The notes: a model not told the origin generated them from the letters alone. 64,000 nucleotides of DNA from Patescibacteria group bacterium (GCA_042568575.1 JBHPIO010000001.1:1-64000); one strand, 5' to 3'. Shown: positions 52,724-61,628, counted from the first letter of the stretch. Program-made: numbers and translations.

Positions 52724-53581
52724 ATGGTAGAAAATAAGCCAGAACCAATCAATGAAGATGACCTTCCTGAATCAATACATGCTCAGTTAGCCAAAATTAC
52801 AGATGAAGGTAAGCGGAAAAGTCACGCACGATTTGTCCTTGCAGCTTTAGGAAGTATACCTTGGGTCGGCGGATTCCTAGGCGCAATGGCAGCAAAAGAT
52901 GCTGAAAAAGAACAAGGAGGTATAAATCAGCTTCAACAGTTATGGCTACAAGAACATGAAGAAAAGATACAAAAACTCGGTTACGTCTTGTTTCAAATTC
53001 TCTCGCGGCTTGAAAAATTTGGCGAAGAAATAGAAGAAAGGATAGAATCGTCTCATTATTTAGATCTTGTTCGAAAAGGATTTAGATCTTGGGATCAAGC
53101 AGATACCGAAGAGAAACGAGAGCTAATCAAGAAATTATTAACCAGTGCAGGGGCAATCAAGCTCTGCCCAGATGATCTTGTACGACTATTTATTGATTGG
53201 ATAGATAAATACCATGAGGCTCATTTCAAAGTAATTAAAGAGATATATCAAAAGCCAGGCATCACTCGAGGCGATATTTGGGATAACGTAAAAGGTGAAA
53301 GACCGCGAGAGGATTCTGCTGAAGCTGATTTATTCAAACTATTGATCCATGACCTCAATGTAGGCCGTGTAATAAGGCAAGCAAGGGATACGGATGGAGC
53401 GGGGAATTTCTTAAAAAAAACACGTGTTAAGTCGGCACGTGGATTAAGCCCTTCAAGAACAATGGAATCCGCCTTTGAAAATTCTAAACCATATGTACTA
53501 ACAGAATTAGGTAAGCAATTCGTGCATTACACTATGGAAGAAGTGGTTACACAAATAGAAGATCAAAAACACAGTACTTAA
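52724..53581 (+). CDS. Cassette hypothetical protein (possibly Abi-alpha-like with C-terminal wHTH)
   Basis: ALGSIPWVGGFLG N-terminal motif; YVLTELGKQFV C-terminus; stop codon overlaps the R'' site ACTTAAC. Confidence 0.75.
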   Translation: MVENKPEPINEDDLPESIHAQLAKITDEGKRKSHARFVLAALGSIPWVGGFLGAMAAKDAEKEQGGINQLQQLWLQEHEEKIQKLGYVLFQILSRLEKFGEEIEERIESSHYLDLVRKGFRSWDQADTEEKRELIKKLLTSAGAIKLCPDDLVRLFIDWIDKYHEAHFKVIKEIYQKPGITRGDIWDNVKGERPREDSAEADLFKLLIHDLNVGRVIRQARDTDGAGNFLKKTRVKSARGLSPSRTMESAFENSKPYVLTELGKQFVHYTMEEVVTQIEDQKHST

Positions 53582-53994
53582 CAGCGGGCTAGTCGGTTCG
53601 CTCACTAAAATTTTTTTTATGAAAATCTTATTAAGAAAATACGTAACAGTTACACTATTACTACTAATCATTTTGACTTTAAGTGGTTGTGCATCGCAGC
53701 CGACGATCAGTGACTATGGCCCAGGTTTCTTTGTAGGATTATGGCATGGAATTATTTCTCCATTCGCTTTAATTGGGAGTATTTTTATGGACATACGTAT
53801 ATACGAATTCCCTAATTCTGGATTTTGGTATGACCTAGGTTTCATAATAGGAATAGGCTGCTGGGGAGGTGGGGCAGCCGCAGCACATGATTAAGACACA
53901 AAAAAGACAATGCTCGCTAACCCAAATTTGGCGGTGGTGCGTTAACGCGCTATTATAACCACTGCCAAGCATCGTATATGTCGAAAAGTTGTAC
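53576..53994. repeat. Split attC-like site 1 (R'' ACTTAAC ... R' GTTGTAC) enclosing a lipoprotein gene
   Basis: Left arm aacagcgggctagtcggttcgctc; partial partner cgctaaccc at 53915-53923; hairpin ttggcggtggt/accactgccaa. Confidence 0.6.
53619..53894 (+). CDS. Small membrane lipoprotein
   Basis: Lipobox LSGC; PGFFVGLWHG..SP...IYE.PNSG.WYD.GF. Confidence 0.85.
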   Translation: MKILLRKYVTVTLLLLIILTLSGCASQPTISDYGPGFFVGLWHGIISPFALIGSIFMDIRIYEFPNSGFWYDLGFIIGIGCWGGGAAAAHD

Positions 53995-54050
53995 GAAATG
54001 CCAAATTAAGTTAGCCTTACAAAGGCTAATTTCTTAACAGAATATAAAAA

Positions 54051-54371
54051 ATGGCTACATATTTAGTATTATTCACTGCTATAACATTTTCTATAATGTG
54101 TATTTCATACAAAGCATTTGCAATCCAAAAAAGATGGGCAATTGGTAAAATATTATCCAAAGATGCATCTTTTCCAATAATAGCAGCTATCGCTACAGGT
54201 TTATGGGCACTTTATAAATCATTTGTTTATTTTGAATGGTGGACTCCTTTTGCAATATTGATCCTTGCATGGATTACGTCATTTTTATTAACTATTTTAT
54301 TCAAAAAGCATACTCAAATTCTGTGTATATTAGGTATTATTCCAGCTTTAATTGCAGTTGCACTAATATAA
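54051..54371 (+). CDS. Cassette 4-TM hypothetical protein
   Basis: Hydrophobic ORF bracketed by GTTGTAC (53988) and GTACAAC (54388). Confidence 0.75.
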   Translation: MATYLVLFTAITFSIMCISYKAFAIQKRWAIGKILSKDASFPIIAAIATGLWALYKSFVYFEWWTPFAILILAWITSFLLTILFKKHTQILCILGIIPALIAVALI

Positions 54372-54447
54372 ATTAGTTTGGTACATCGTACAACAGCGGG
54401 CTAGCCGGTTCGCTCCGCTAAATAAAATTATTCGTAACATTCTTCAG

Positions 54448-54906
54448 ATGAAAAAACTCCTTTTAATTCTAACTATCTTACTACTTGCAGGTTGTAATTC
54501 AACAACATCAAATATAATGGGCGAAAAAGTAGAAATCGAAAAACCAAAAGAAAACAAAATACTATCTCAAGAGCAATATTCACTTAGTTGTAAAACTCAT
54601 TATTACACTGATATTACAATTGGAGGTGATATTATTGAAGAATCATATATAAAAATCTCAGAAGGTCATGAAAATGCAACAATAAATGTAAATAATGAAG
54701 CTGCTACTTTCTTTGGTGCGGATTTTATTGTTTTAGATGATAACCCTTCATATCTTGTTATGATGAGATACTATGATGTAAGCGGATTGACTGAAGTTGT
54801 ATCAATTAATAAAGATACTGGTATTGGTTTTGATATAAAAACTCTAACTTTTGGTTTTTCTGGTGCTCCAAATACTACTACATATTTGATTAACTGTTAC
54901 GAATAA
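54448..54906 (+). CDS. Hypothetical lipoprotein
   Basis: MKKLLLILTILLLAGC lipobox. Confidence 0.85.
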   Translation: MKKLLLILTILLLAGCNSTTSNIMGEKVEIEKPKENKILSQEQYSLSCKTHYYTDITIGGDIIEESYIKISEGHENATINVNNEAATFFGADFIVLDDNPSYLVMMRYYDVSGLTEVVSINKDTGIGFDIKTLTFGFSGAPNTTTYLINCYE

Positions 54907-54930
54907 TTTTATTTTTTAATTATTATTAAT

Positions 54931-55341
54931 ATGAAAAAAGTTTTCATTCTCCTTGTTATTTTTGCTTTATTACTTACAGGTTGTTCAAATGGTAATCCTG
55001 ATCTTTCATATAAACAAGAATGTCGCGAACTTGTTAATGATGTTAAAGATGAATTCAATAACTTTAATAAAGAATACTTTGGGATAAAAGAAAAACATCT
55101 AGATTCTATTCAATACAGTAAAAGCAAAAATACATGTATAAGTAAAATAAAGGTTTATTATACTAATGGAAGGGCTGAAACCGTTTATAGAGATGAATTA
55201 ACTTCGAAAGAATTAACCTATTTTGTTCAATCATACGATGATATATCTGTTGAAATAGCGGAGAATGAAAACATCAACTTTATAGCTGAAGAAAGTAAGC
55301 GACAAGAGGAATACGAAAAAGAGCTGCAATTAATAGAATAA
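54931..55341 (+). CDS. Hypothetical lipoprotein
   Basis: MKKVFILLVIFALLLTGC lipobox. Confidence 0.85.
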   Translation: MKKVFILLVIFALLLTGCSNGNPDLSYKQECRELVNDVKDEFNNFNKEYFGIKEKHLDSIQYSKSKNTCISKIKVYYTNGRAETVYRDELTSKELTYFVQSYDDISVEIAENENINFIAEESKRQEEYEKELQLIE

Positions 55342-55383
55342 CTAGCCCATGGCCGTTAGACGAAAGCCCTTAAAATAAAAAAG

Positions 55384-56055
55384 ATGGATGACGAATTAAT
55401 AAAAATTGTTTTTGAAGATTTGGACTATATAACAAAGGAATGGAACGCTAAGGAAATTAGTGATGCTAATTTGCGCCATTCAAGTACGATCTTAAGAACT
55501 CTTTTAATTGAGAGGAAACTATTTGATGTCGCTCGTTCATTTGATATCCAGAAAATAAGGATAATGAGCTCTAATGAAGATTCTCCATCTTGGCCAGACC
55601 CAGTGCTCCACCAAGCTGGGGGAGGAAAGCATAAAGGATTAAAAATTGATGGATTTTCTGTTTATAACAAGACATTTACTTCACAAGAAATAAAAGAAAA
55701 AAGCAAAATCGCACTAGCACGTAAAAGCAAACCAATAGAATTAAATAAATACTTAAAGAATTCAAGTATAATTATCAATGGTATTGAAATAAACAGAGAA
55801 GAAATAATTAAATATGTTAGCAACAAACTTGGTGGAGCACATTACGATAAAAAAAGAGGGGACCCACTAAATAAAGAAGGAAATATTAGCCTGGAAGGTA
55901 AATATGCACTATTAGATGATTATAAAAACTCGAATAAACTCGCTGGAAAAAACTCCATTTATTTCGAATTACTTGAAATTGGACAAAAATTGGTTAATAA
56001 CCGCGATATTCAAAAACTAAAAAAGAAAATTAAAATTTATTTACAAAAAAGATGA
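55384..56055 (+). CDS. Cassette hypothetical protein (possible HEPN-like motif)
   Basis: LR..S.ILR.LL.E and REEIIKYVSNKLGGAHYD; preceded by R' GTTAGAC. Confidence 0.7.
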   Translation: MDDELIKIVFEDLDYITKEWNAKEISDANLRHSSTILRTLLIERKLFDVARSFDIQKIRIMSSNEDSPSWPDPVLHQAGGGKHKGLKIDGFSVYNKTFTSQEIKEKSKIALARKSKPIELNKYLKNSSIIINGIEINREEIIKYVSNKLGGAHYDKKRGDPLNKEGNISLEGKYALLDDYKNSNKLAGKNSIYFELLEIGQKLVNNRDIQKLKKKIKIYLQKR

Positions 56056-56102
56056 AGGATTTTTTCACAAACCTGGACTTCTGTTGCAGAACTCCTTGGT
56101 CC

Positions 56103-56183
56103 TCTCCCCCTTACGGGCTCGAGATAAGTTCTCTTCCTACTCGTAGAACCTCAAAGAGGCTCCACTCGTAGCAAGTGGGAACT
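56103..56183 (-). repeat. tRNA-3'-adjacent structured repeat, copy 2
   Basis: Reverse complement agttcccacttgctacgagtggagcctctttgaggttctacgagtaggaagagaacttatctcgagcccgtaagggggaga is homologous to 5410-5489. Confidence 0.75.
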
Positions 56184-56185
56184 TA

Positions 56186-56262
56186 TGGTGGCAAGGGTGG
56201 GGATCGAACCCACGACCTCGGGCTTATGAGTCCCGCGCTCTAACCAACTGAGCTACCTTGCC
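56186..56262 (-). tRNA. tRNA-Met (CAT), elongator-type
   Basis: Reverse complement ggcaaggtagctcagttggttagagcgcgggact CAT aagcccg...ggttcgatccc...cttgccacca; G1-C72 paired; tRNA-Ile2 not fully excluded. Confidence 0.93.
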
Positions 56263-56318
56263 GCATGCGAAGTTTATTCTAAAAGCAGCGCGCAATAAGT
56301 GCAAGCTTTTTTCAGAAA

Positions 56319-57068
56319 TTAAAATGTTTTTATACTGAAATTAAACAAAACTCTGGCAGGTACAACCAGATTTGGATTATTTGGTGGAATTTTTTCAAGT
56401 TGTGGTGGACTGTGCATCGGTTCAAAATAATATTCTTTTCCTTCACGATAAATTCGTTTCACACTTAGGTCGCCTTTATAGAGGATGGCAAATAGCTTTC
56501 CACTGTTGTCCTCAATGTCGTTGTTTTTAATAGGCTCCATAATAATCACATCACCCAAATAAATACCAAATTCGGGATAATCTCTTATGAAGATTCGTAC
56601 GGCAACAAGCTCTTCAAGCGACTTATGATAATGCAGGGTATCTTTCATATACGACCTAGAGACGTAAATGAAATTATTGGAACTCTTTCTTAATTCATAC
56701 AGTTGCTCAAAGGTTTTATTTCGCAGCTTTGTGTTGTCGAGTAGGGGAATAGCAGCCACATCATCCTGGAAATCCCTGCTAATGTCCGTTTCTATCAAAG
56801 AAACCAGCTTGTCCCACTTCTTTGCTTTATCAACATAAGAAAGCAGGCCAGGCTTGTCCTCACCAAGGAAATAACCGATTGGTTTTTTTAGATATTCCGC
56901 GATTTTCATTAACTCGGAAATTTTAGGTAGATAGCGTCCTTTAGTGATATTCGAGACGTAGGCACGTGACTTTTGAATCATTTGAGCCAGCTCTATTTGC
57001 GAAACCTCTCGTTCTTTAAGTGCAGCCTTAATTCGCTCTGCTATAAGTTTTGTAAATTTCTCGTTCAT
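56319..57068 (-). CDS. XRE-family HTH regulator with an S24-like C-terminal domain
   Basis: ERIKAALKEREVSQIELAQMI..SRAYVSNI.KG...P.I..L.KIA; C-terminal GIYLGDVII, G.LFAI, SVKRI. Confidence 0.85.
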   Translation of the reverse strand: MNEKFTKLIAERIKAALKEREVSQIELAQMIQKSRAYVSNITKGRYLPKISELMKIAEYLKKPIGYFLGEDKPGLLSYVDKAKKWDKLVSLIETDISRDFQDDVAAIPLLDNTKLRNKTFEQLYELRKSSNNFIYVSRSYMKDTLHYHKSLEELVAVRIFIRDYPEFGIYLGDVIIMEPIKNNDIEDNSGKLFAILYKGDLSVKRIYREGKEYYFEPMHSPPQLEKIPPNNPNLVVPARVLFNFSIKTF

Positions 57069-57214
57069 GAATGTGGTCGTTTACGTAGTTTGAACATATT
57101 ATTCACTACTGCTTAATTTTTGTAAAGATCAATGATAATACTTTACATAAGCTGAATCATTTGTTAAAAATTAAATAGTTTTAGAGATCTTCTGAAGAGA
57201 AGAGAGAGGCTTCA

Positions 57215-57246
57215 CAAAAAGTACCAAATAACTTTGGTGCTTTTTG
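57215..57246. terminator. Intrinsic terminator-like hairpin
   Basis: caaaaagtaccaaa taac tttggtgctttttg followed by a T tract. Confidence 0.55.
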
Positions 57247-57321
57247 CTTTTTGTAGGGTAAACCGCAACTTTATTTCAAGGTTGTGTTATTGTTTATGTA
57301 GATTCAATAACAACATTTAAA

Positions 57322-58002
57322 ATGAAAAAACTATTTGCACTTCTAATCATTTCCCTGCTTGTTCTTTCTGGATGCGCTCAACCAAGCGAACCAATTGAGG
57401 TTGAACAGCAGCCGTCGCCTGAAGTTGTACAGCCAGAGCAACCGCTTGAAGAAGAGACAAAATCAGACAATCCTATTGTTCTTGAAGAATTTGGTTTTGA
57501 GATAAGTTATCCGGAAGAATGTAATATTAAAGAACTCGCGAGCGGGATTGATCAAGAAGCATTAATGTCATATCACTTGTTAGACTGTTCATTTAAACCT
57601 ATGTACCTAACTGGAATTTTTGTTGCAACAAGTGAATCAATCGATAAATTCGTTGAATTTAAAGATGGAAAACCTCTGTGTTTTGATGGTCCAGAAACAT
57701 GTAATCATGAATATGATTGGAATACACACAGGGAGGACTTTGATCGTTTAAAAGAATCAATCAGTCAAAATAAAGATTTAGATGTTGAAATTAACGGTCG
57801 TCAATTTACCACTGATAATCGATGGTGGCTATTTAGTGCCGAAATAATAAGAACATACGAGACATTTGTTGGTGATAAAAGGATTACTATCGTTATTGTT
57901 TGGAGTACAACAAGAGCGGAATATGAGGAGAACATGCACATTTACGATAAAGAGGCTGATGAGCTTGTTGGAAGGTTTCAGTTTGTAGAAATCCCGGAGT
58001 AG
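57322..58002 (+). CDS. Hypothetical lipoprotein
   Basis: MKKLFALLIISLLVLSGC lipobox; FGFEISYP motif. Confidence 0.85.
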   Translation: MKKLFALLIISLLVLSGCAQPSEPIEVEQQPSPEVVQPEQPLEEETKSDNPIVLEEFGFEISYPEECNIKELASGIDQEALMSYHLLDCSFKPMYLTGIFVATSESIDKFVEFKDGKPLCFDGPETCNHEYDWNTHREDFDRLKESISQNKDLDVEINGRQFTTDNRWWLFSAEIIRTYETFVGDKRITIVIVWSTTRAEYEENMHIYDKEADELVGRFQFVEIPE

Positions 58003-58014
58003 GCGTGATTCTAT

Positions 58015-58089
<75 letters not shown>

Positions 58090-58146
58090 TCAGTTATTAT
58101 ATGCAACTTTGCATCGAAGTCAAATGAAAGTCAACCATTCGTGTGT

Positions 58147-58560
58147 CTATCTCAGAGGATTATCCTCAAATATAAACACTTTCCATTTTTCCATATTTGA
58201 AAGCTTTCCTATATTCCTCTTCCCATAAGCATCAAATTCAGCTTCGGCATCATCGCCGTTTACCCCTGTATTTGAAGCGATAATAATAACTTCCTCGCCT
58301 GGATTGGTTAATCCTTTGTTTTGCTTCAAAATTTTATCTATAAAACTCTCTGAAGTAACGTAATCAAACTCTTCAATCAAACTTTCATTCTCTTTCCTAA
58401 TGCGCTCGTTCTCATTTTCAAAATCTGTAATGTATTTATCTATTTGATGACTATTATAAAAGGCAAGCGTCAACGAATATAATAGGTACGCGCTTAGGAT
58501 AATAAGCCCAATAATTATAAAGTTTGTAATATTAGATGGTTGATCGTTTTGGCCTTGCAT
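58147..58560 (-). CDS. Septum formation initiator (FtsB/DivIC-like)
   Basis: Single TM helix, coiled coil, then ..D.I.K...GL..PGEEVII. Confidence 0.8.
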   Translation of the reverse strand: MQGQNDQPSNITNFIIIGLIILSAYLLYSLTLAFYNSHQIDKYITDFENENERIRKENESLIEEFDYVTSESFIDKILKQNKGLTNPGEEVIIIASNTGVNGDDAEAEFDAYGKRNIGKLSNMEKWKVFIFEDNPLR

Positions 58561-58616
58561 GCTATGAATTTAATAACAACAATGATGTTATCATAAACTA
58601 TATAAATTACACAATA

Positions 58617-59951
58617 ATGACAAAAATTCATTGTATAGGTATAGGAGGAATCGGTCTAAGCGGCATAGCTCAAATCCTTCACGACAAAGGTGCAAAAGTA
58701 ACTGGATCTGACATTGAAGATTCACCATTAATAGAATCAATGCGAGAAAAGGGGATTGAAGTAAGCATTGGACACGATGCGGCGCTTATTACCCCAGACA
58801 TCACTAAGGTCATTTATTCTTCGGCTGTTCCTCAAGATAATGTAGAACTTGCGAAAGCAAAGGAACTTGAGATCGAGACCATAACTTTTTCTGAAGCTGT
58901 TAAAGAATTCACTCAGGATCTTTATACAGTTGCTATTTGTGGGACTCACGGCAAAACAACGGTTACAGCATTTTCGTCTTTGGCCCTAATTGCAGGCGAG
59001 AAAGACCCAACCGTTATTATCGGTTCAACTATAAAAGAGTTCAATAATTCAAACTACAGAGTCGGGAAAGGAAAATATTTCATTGTTGAGGCATGCGAAT
59101 ACAAACGCAACTTCCTCCACTACGATCCAAATGTTGTGATTATCACAAATATTGAAGCAGAACATCTCGACTACTTTAAAGATCTGGAAGATTACAAGAG
59201 CGCGTATAGTGAATTTGTGAATAAACTTCCTGAAGATGGCTTTATTATTGCCAATGGTGACGATGAAGATGTGCTTGATATAATTAAAGATTTCAAAGGA
59301 AACGTGATTTTGTTTTCTACTAAAGAAAAAAATACAGATTGGTACGTTGAAGGAAATGAAATTTATAAAGCGGGTGAGAAAGTAGGCGAGCTAGAATTAA
59401 AAATCCCAGGAGAATTCAACAAGCAAAATGCTCTTTGCGGCCTTATCCTAGGGCAAATACTGCATGTCGACCGTGAGGCAATTTTAGATAAATTCAAGGA
59501 ATATACTGGTTCATGGAGACGATTTGAACAAATTGGTAATTTTCACGGAATAAGGATGATTAGCGATTACGCTCACCATCCAACGGCAATTATAAAAACA
59601 TTGCGTGCGACTCACGAGAAATATCCCGATTCACGCATTTGCTGTATTTTCCAACCACATCAATACAATCGCACAAAGCACTTTCTTCCTGAATTCGCTG
59701 AATCATTCAAAGAAGCGGATTATGTAATTATCCCAAGCATTTACAAGGTTCGTGATTCAAAAGAGGACACAGATGCAATTTCCGTCGAAGAGCTAGTTGA
59801 AGAGCTTAAAAAACACAAGGAAAATTCATTTTATCTTCCTGAGTATGAACAAATACGCGTCTTCCTAGAAGAACATAAAGACGATATTGATATCACGTTC
59901 ATCATGGGAGCAGGGGATATCTGGACTCTTGGGGATTTTCTTTTAGGATAG
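58617..59951 (+). CDS. murC: UDP-N-acetylmuramate--L-alanine ligase
   Basis: IHCIGIGGIGLSG, GSD, GTHGKTT, VEACEY, TNIEAEHLD, DYAHHPT, FQPH, MGAGD; start at ATG 58617. Confidence 0.96.
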   Translation: MTKIHCIGIGGIGLSGIAQILHDKGAKVTGSDIEDSPLIESMREKGIEVSIGHDAALITPDITKVIYSSAVPQDNVELAKAKELEIETITFSEAVKEFTQDLYTVAICGTHGKTTVTAFSSLALIAGEKDPTVIIGSTIKEFNNSNYRVGKGKYFIVEACEYKRNFLHYDPNVVIITNIEAEHLDYFKDLEDYKSAYSEFVNKLPEDGFIIANGDDEDVLDIIKDFKGNVILFSTKEKNTDWYVEGNEIYKAGEKVGELELKIPGEFNKQNALCGLILGQILHVDREAILDKFKEYTGSWRRFEQIGNFHGIRMISDYAHHPTAIIKTLRATHEKYPDSRICCIFQPHQYNRTKHFLPEFAESFKEADYVIIPSIYKVRDSKEDTDAISVEELVEELKKHKENSFYLPEYEQIRVFLEEHKDDIDITFIMGAGDIWTLGDFLLG

Positions 59952-61325
59952 CTTCCACACAGTCCCTTCAGGCAAATCTTCGAGGATAACTCCCTTTTCT
60001 TTAAGTGTATCCCGAATTTCGTCGGATTTCGCCCAATCTTTAGATGCACGAGCTTCCTCACGCTCTTTAATAAGTGCCATCAGTTCATCCGGCAATTCCT
60101 CTTGTTCCTGAGGTAAAAGTACTCCAAATACTGCATCAACTTTTTTAAGGAAATCCAAAATTGTTTCTTTGTCGGTCACAGTTAATTGATTTTTTCCCGC
60201 AAAAACATTTAGTTCTTTAACTAATTCAAAAATTGCAGCTAGTGCCTCTGGTGTTTCAAAATCATCATCCATACTTTCCTCAAATTTCTTCTCAGCTTCT
60301 TTAATAAAATCAACAACCTCTTTATGCGCGTCTCCTTCATCACTAACTCGTTTGATTGAATTAACAAAATCGTGAAGACGAGCAATACTGTTTTTTGACT
60401 GCTCTAATAAATCGTCAGTAAAATTAATAGGGGAGCGATAATGAGTTTGAAGATAAAGATATCTGATAATATCACCAGAATATTTATTCAAAACATCACG
60501 AAGGGTTATAAAGTTGCCAAGCGACTTCGACATCTTTTCTTCATTGATGTTAATAAACCCATTGTGAAGCCAATAATTTGCAAAAGGCTTAGAATGCGCT
60601 TTTTCACTCTGAGCAATTTCACATTCATGATGAGGGAACATAAGATCCGCTCCTCCTCCGTGAATATCAAAAGTTTCGCCAAGTAGCGATGAACTCATCG
60701 CACTACATTCTATATGCCAACCTGGACGACCCTTTCCCCATGGACTTTCCCATGCTGGCTCACCTGGTTTTTCCTTTTTCCACAAAGCAAAATCTTGAGG
60801 ATTCCTTTTGTCCTGATTCACTGCAACTCGAGCACCCATCTGCAAGTCCTCCAATTTCTGGTTCGACAATTTACCATATTCAGGAAACGCCTTTATATCA
60901 AAATAAATTCCATCTTCAAGTTCATAAGCGGCTTCTTTTTCTTCTAATTTTTGAATAAGCTTTATGATTTCCGCTATATATTCCGTAGCGCGTGGAGCAT
61001 GATCCGGCGGCATAATCTTTAATTCTCCATAATCTTCAACATATTTGGGAATAACTTCCTCAGAGAGGTCAGAAACGCTAATGCCCTTTTCCTCGGCTCG
61101 TTTAATCATCTTGTCGTCCACATCTGTATAGTTTGAAGCGAAAGTCACATCAAAACCTTTGTAGATTAAATATCGTCTAATTATATCGAAAGAAACCGCG
61201 CTTCTTCCATGTCCTAGATGCGCACTATCGTATACAGTTGGCCCACACAGATAAAAGCTAACCTTACCCTCGTTTAAAGGTTTAAGATCTTCTTTCTGCC
61301 TTGTGAGAGTATTGTAGAGTTTCAT
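59943..61325 (-). CDS. cysS: Cysteine--tRNA ligase
   Basis: YLCGPTVYD..HLGH, DFALWK, GRPGWHIECSAM, FPHHECE, KMSKS. Confidence 0.98.
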   Translation of the reverse strand: MKLYNTLTRQKEDLKPLNEGKVSFYLCGPTVYDSAHLGHGRSAVSFDIIRRYLIYKGFDVTFASNYTDVDDKMIKRAEEKGISVSDLSEEVIPKYVEDYGELKIMPPDHAPRATEYIAEIIKLIQKLEEKEAAYELEDGIYFDIKAFPEYGKLSNQKLEDLQMGARVAVNQDKRNPQDFALWKKEKPGEPAWESPWGKGRPGWHIECSAMSSSLLGETFDIHGGGADLMFPHHECEIAQSEKAHSKPFANYWLHNGFININEEKMSKSLGNFITLRDVLNKYSGDIIRYLYLQTHYRSPINFTDDLLEQSKNSIARLHDFVNSIKRVSDEGDAHKEVVDFIKEAEKKFEESMDDDFETPEALAAIFELVKELNVFAGKNQLTVTDKETILDFLKKVDAVFGVLLPQEQEELPDELMALIKEREEARASKDWAKSDEIRDTLKEKGVILEDLPEGTVWKLS

Positions 61326-61591
61326 TACATGAGAAGGCTAACAATTATTGCACGTGCAAAATCAATAACCAAAAAGGCTATAATAGGGGAGATATCGAAC
61401 ATTCCAAGTCTAGGGATAATCCTTCTGAAGAAGGACAAAACCGGCTCAGTGATTTCAAACACAAATGAAAAGAATTTACCTCTATTCCCAGTCGGCCTGA
61501 TCCACGACATAATTACTCTAATAAAGATCGCTGCGACCAATAGATCGGCAAAAATATTAACAAATTGAATAATAAAACCTCGTATCTCCAT
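61325..61591 (-). CDS. YggT family membrane protein
   Basis: RVIMSW, ITEPVL..FRRIIP..G.FDISPI. Confidence 0.93.
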   Translation of the reverse strand: MEIRGFIIQFVNIFADLLVAAIFIRVIMSWIRPTGNRGKFFSFVFEITEPVLSFFRRIIPRLGMFDISPIIAFLVIDFARAIIVSLLM

Positions 61592-61628
61592 GATTAACTA
61601 CCTTTCTAAATTATAACACGAGGAGATT

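Larger units (their letters stand above)
54388..55361. repeat. Split attC-like site 2 (R'' GTACAAC-AGCGGGCTAG ... CTAGCCC-ATGGCC-GTTAGAC R') enclosing two lipoprotein genes
   Basis: Arms are complementary but the site spans 974 bp; inner perfect 20-bp inverted repeat at 54420-54439 and 54895-54914. Confidence 0.7.
51288..56055 (+). mobile_element. Integron-like gene cassette array without an integrase in the window (CALIN-like)
   Basis: Eight short, co-oriented, unrelated AT-rich ORFs; several are bracketed by complementary GTT.../...AAC ends (52686 with 53582; 53988 with 54394); R' GTTAGAC at 55355. Confidence 0.75.

Noticed and set aside
56319-57068. Prophage suggested by the CI-like repressor next to tRNAs
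   Set aside because: No integrase, cro, replication or structural phage genes nearby
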